Positions 34,547 to 35,770 of a DNA stretch of 35,770 bases are shown one piece after another (the stretch's first letter is position 1; the number at the start of each line of letters is the position of its first letter). The stretch is from a virus. The stretch lies in UHGV virus genome UHGV-0348126; one strand, written 5' to 3'. The notes under the pieces are model-generated. The model saw only the letters and a list, made by a program, of their open reading frames with translations, made no database searches and was not told the origin of the DNA. The position numbers were made by a program, and so were the translations under genes.

Positions 34547-35770
34547 TCAGTTTGAATCAGATATAGTACAATTAACAATCGATTCAACCCTCTTCCACCA
34601 TGCCAGGTAAGCTTTACGCTGTTCTTCTAGATAATCGCTCTTATCATAAACTTGCCATACCCCTGGCAGCTTATGACCAAGCATAATTTCTGCGATATGA
34701 GGCGCAGTAAGATCAGAAAAATTTGTTCGAGCTGTACGTCTCAAGTCATGAAGAGACCAATGAGGGAATTGATATCCTAAACGCCGCCATGCGTACTGCA
34801 TTAAATTGTAAGGCAGCGACTGCAATGATGTCCGACCAACGGGTTCCCTGCTTCCTTCCTTAGTAAAAAGCATATCTGAACCATTGTTCATAGAGATAGC
34901 GTACTTTATAAGCTCTTCAACCGGTTCAATAATCGGCCGCTTTAGCGGTTCGCCTGTTATCTCCCCAGTCTTATGTCGTTCTGGTGGTACAGTCCATACT
35001 TTATTAATGAAATCAAAATCGTCCACCCGGGCGGTAATAAGCTCTGAACTACGGCAACCAAAATGCAGCAATAGTTTAATGAAGGCCCGGTATTTAGGAA
35101 CCATTCGAGAACCATCGATCGCAGCATAAAGGATTTTAATTTCATCATGTGTCAGAAACCGTTTCTTCTGACCTTTACGGATATCCATATCTTTACCCGT
35201 GATATCCGACAGCGGGCGAGTTTCAATGAGCTTTCTCTTATACGCCCAGACATGGGCCTGCTTTGCGTTAATTAGCAATCGGTCTGCTATTGCTGGAGTC
35301 TTAGTGCTAAGAGGCTCCAGGACTTCTAACCAATCATGCAATGTAGCTGCATCGTGAGGGATATTCCCGATTTTAGAGAACAGGTGCAGCTCAAACGAGC
35401 GGAGTATCTGTTCAGAACCTTTTTTATTTTTTACACAATATGCTTCATACCAAGCACGGATCACAGACTCTACCGTCATGGCTTCAGTAGCTTTTCGTTT
35501 TTCAGCCTGCTTGACCAATCGTGGATTACGGTTTGACTCGAGTTCACCACGAAGACGGATAACTTCTTCTCTGGCCTCTTTTAATCCAGTTGCCGGGTAA
35601 GTTCCGATATCAAGACGCTCACCTTTCCCTGCCCATTGATAACGATATTGGAACACTACGCGACCTTTCGGTGATACTCTGACAGACAGACCATCACGAT
35701 CGGATTTAACCAAAACCTTATCACGTTCCTTTCCAACGACTGAACGCAACCACGCATCAGACAGCGCCAT
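34547..35770 (-). CDS. tyrosine integrase, P4-type (N-terminal DUF4102-like arm-binding domain)
   Basis: 407-aa ORF; N-terminus MALSDAWLRSVVGKERDKVLVKSDRDGLSVRVSPKGRVVFQYRYQWAGKGERLDIGTYPATGLKEAREE; catalytic region HDLRRTARTN...LGHKLPGVWQVYDKSDY; start codon is the last 3 nt of the window. Confidence 0.9.
   Translation of the reverse strand: MALSDAWLRSVVGKERDKVLVKSDRDGLSVRVSPKGRVVFQYRYQWAGKGERLDIGTYPATGLKEAREEVIRLRGELESNRNPRLVKQAEKRKATEAMTVESVIRAWYEAYCVKNKKGSEQILRSFELHLFSKIGNIPHDAATLHDWLEVLEPLSTKTPAIADRLLINAKQAHVWAYKRKLIETRPLSDITGKDMDIRKGQKKRFLTHDEIKILYAAIDGSRMVPKYRAFIKLLLHFGCRSSELITARVDDFDFINKVWTVPPERHKTGEITGEPLKRPIIEPVEELIKYAISMNNGSDMLFTKEGSREPVGRTSLQSLPYNLMQYAWRRLGYQFPHWSLHDLRRTARTNFSDLTAPHIAEIMLGHKLPGVWQVYDKSDYLEEQRKAYLAWWKRVESIVNCTISDSN

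Noticed and set aside
1-35770. Search for tRNA, rRNA, IS element or transposase
   Set aside because: No cloverleaf-like tRNA sequence, rRNA-like stretch, terminal inverted repeat pair or transposase-like ORF was recognised; the only recombinase is the tyrosine integrase.

Overview
The window is almost entirely one temperate phage genome (a prophage or phage copy), read here from the late genes at the left to the integrase at the right. It has lambdoid gene order and regulation, an HK97-type head module and a Mu-like contractile tail module; from memory this mosaic resembles the Shigella SfV / E. coli CPS-53 (KplE1) lineage. All calls rest on reading the supplied ORF translations and the DNA by eye; no database search or computation was run, and family names are recalled, not matched.

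Modules, left to right:
- 1-10863: Mu-like tail genes on the minus strand (gp48-like, cut by the window start, through baseplate, DNA circulation protein, tape measure, chaperone with a -1 frameshift, tube, sheath, gp37-like).
- 10838-17804: head-tail joining genes, major capsid, prohead protease, portal, terminase large and small subunits, a likely cos region and an HNH endonuclease.
- 18735-20549: lysis cassette (two holin-like proteins, GH19 endolysin, Rz/Rz1 spanins).
- 20629-28458: late-gene terminator, antiterminator Q, a nin-like block (DUF968, KilA-N, RusA, LexA-like, Dam methylase), an O-like replication initiator with embedded iterons, Rha, CII-like and Cro.
- 28459-29356: divergent operator/promoter region, CI repressor, terminator and left operator.
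- 29357-33258: a long structured leader, then an early-left operon (yfdP/Q/R/S-like genes, DUF551 protein, excisionase).
- 34547-35770: P4-type tyrosine integrase whose start codon is the last three bases of the window.

Three visibly AT-rich cargo islands interrupt this backbone and are the best candidates for undescribed accessory or defence functions:
- 33541-34260, a 239-aa cytoplasmic protein between excisionase and integrase;
- 17932-18378, a 148-aa membrane-anchored protein between lysis genes and HNH;
- 4948-5460, a signal-peptide protein with its own promoter and terminator inside the tail operon.

No tRNA, rRNA, CRISPR array or IS element was recognised.
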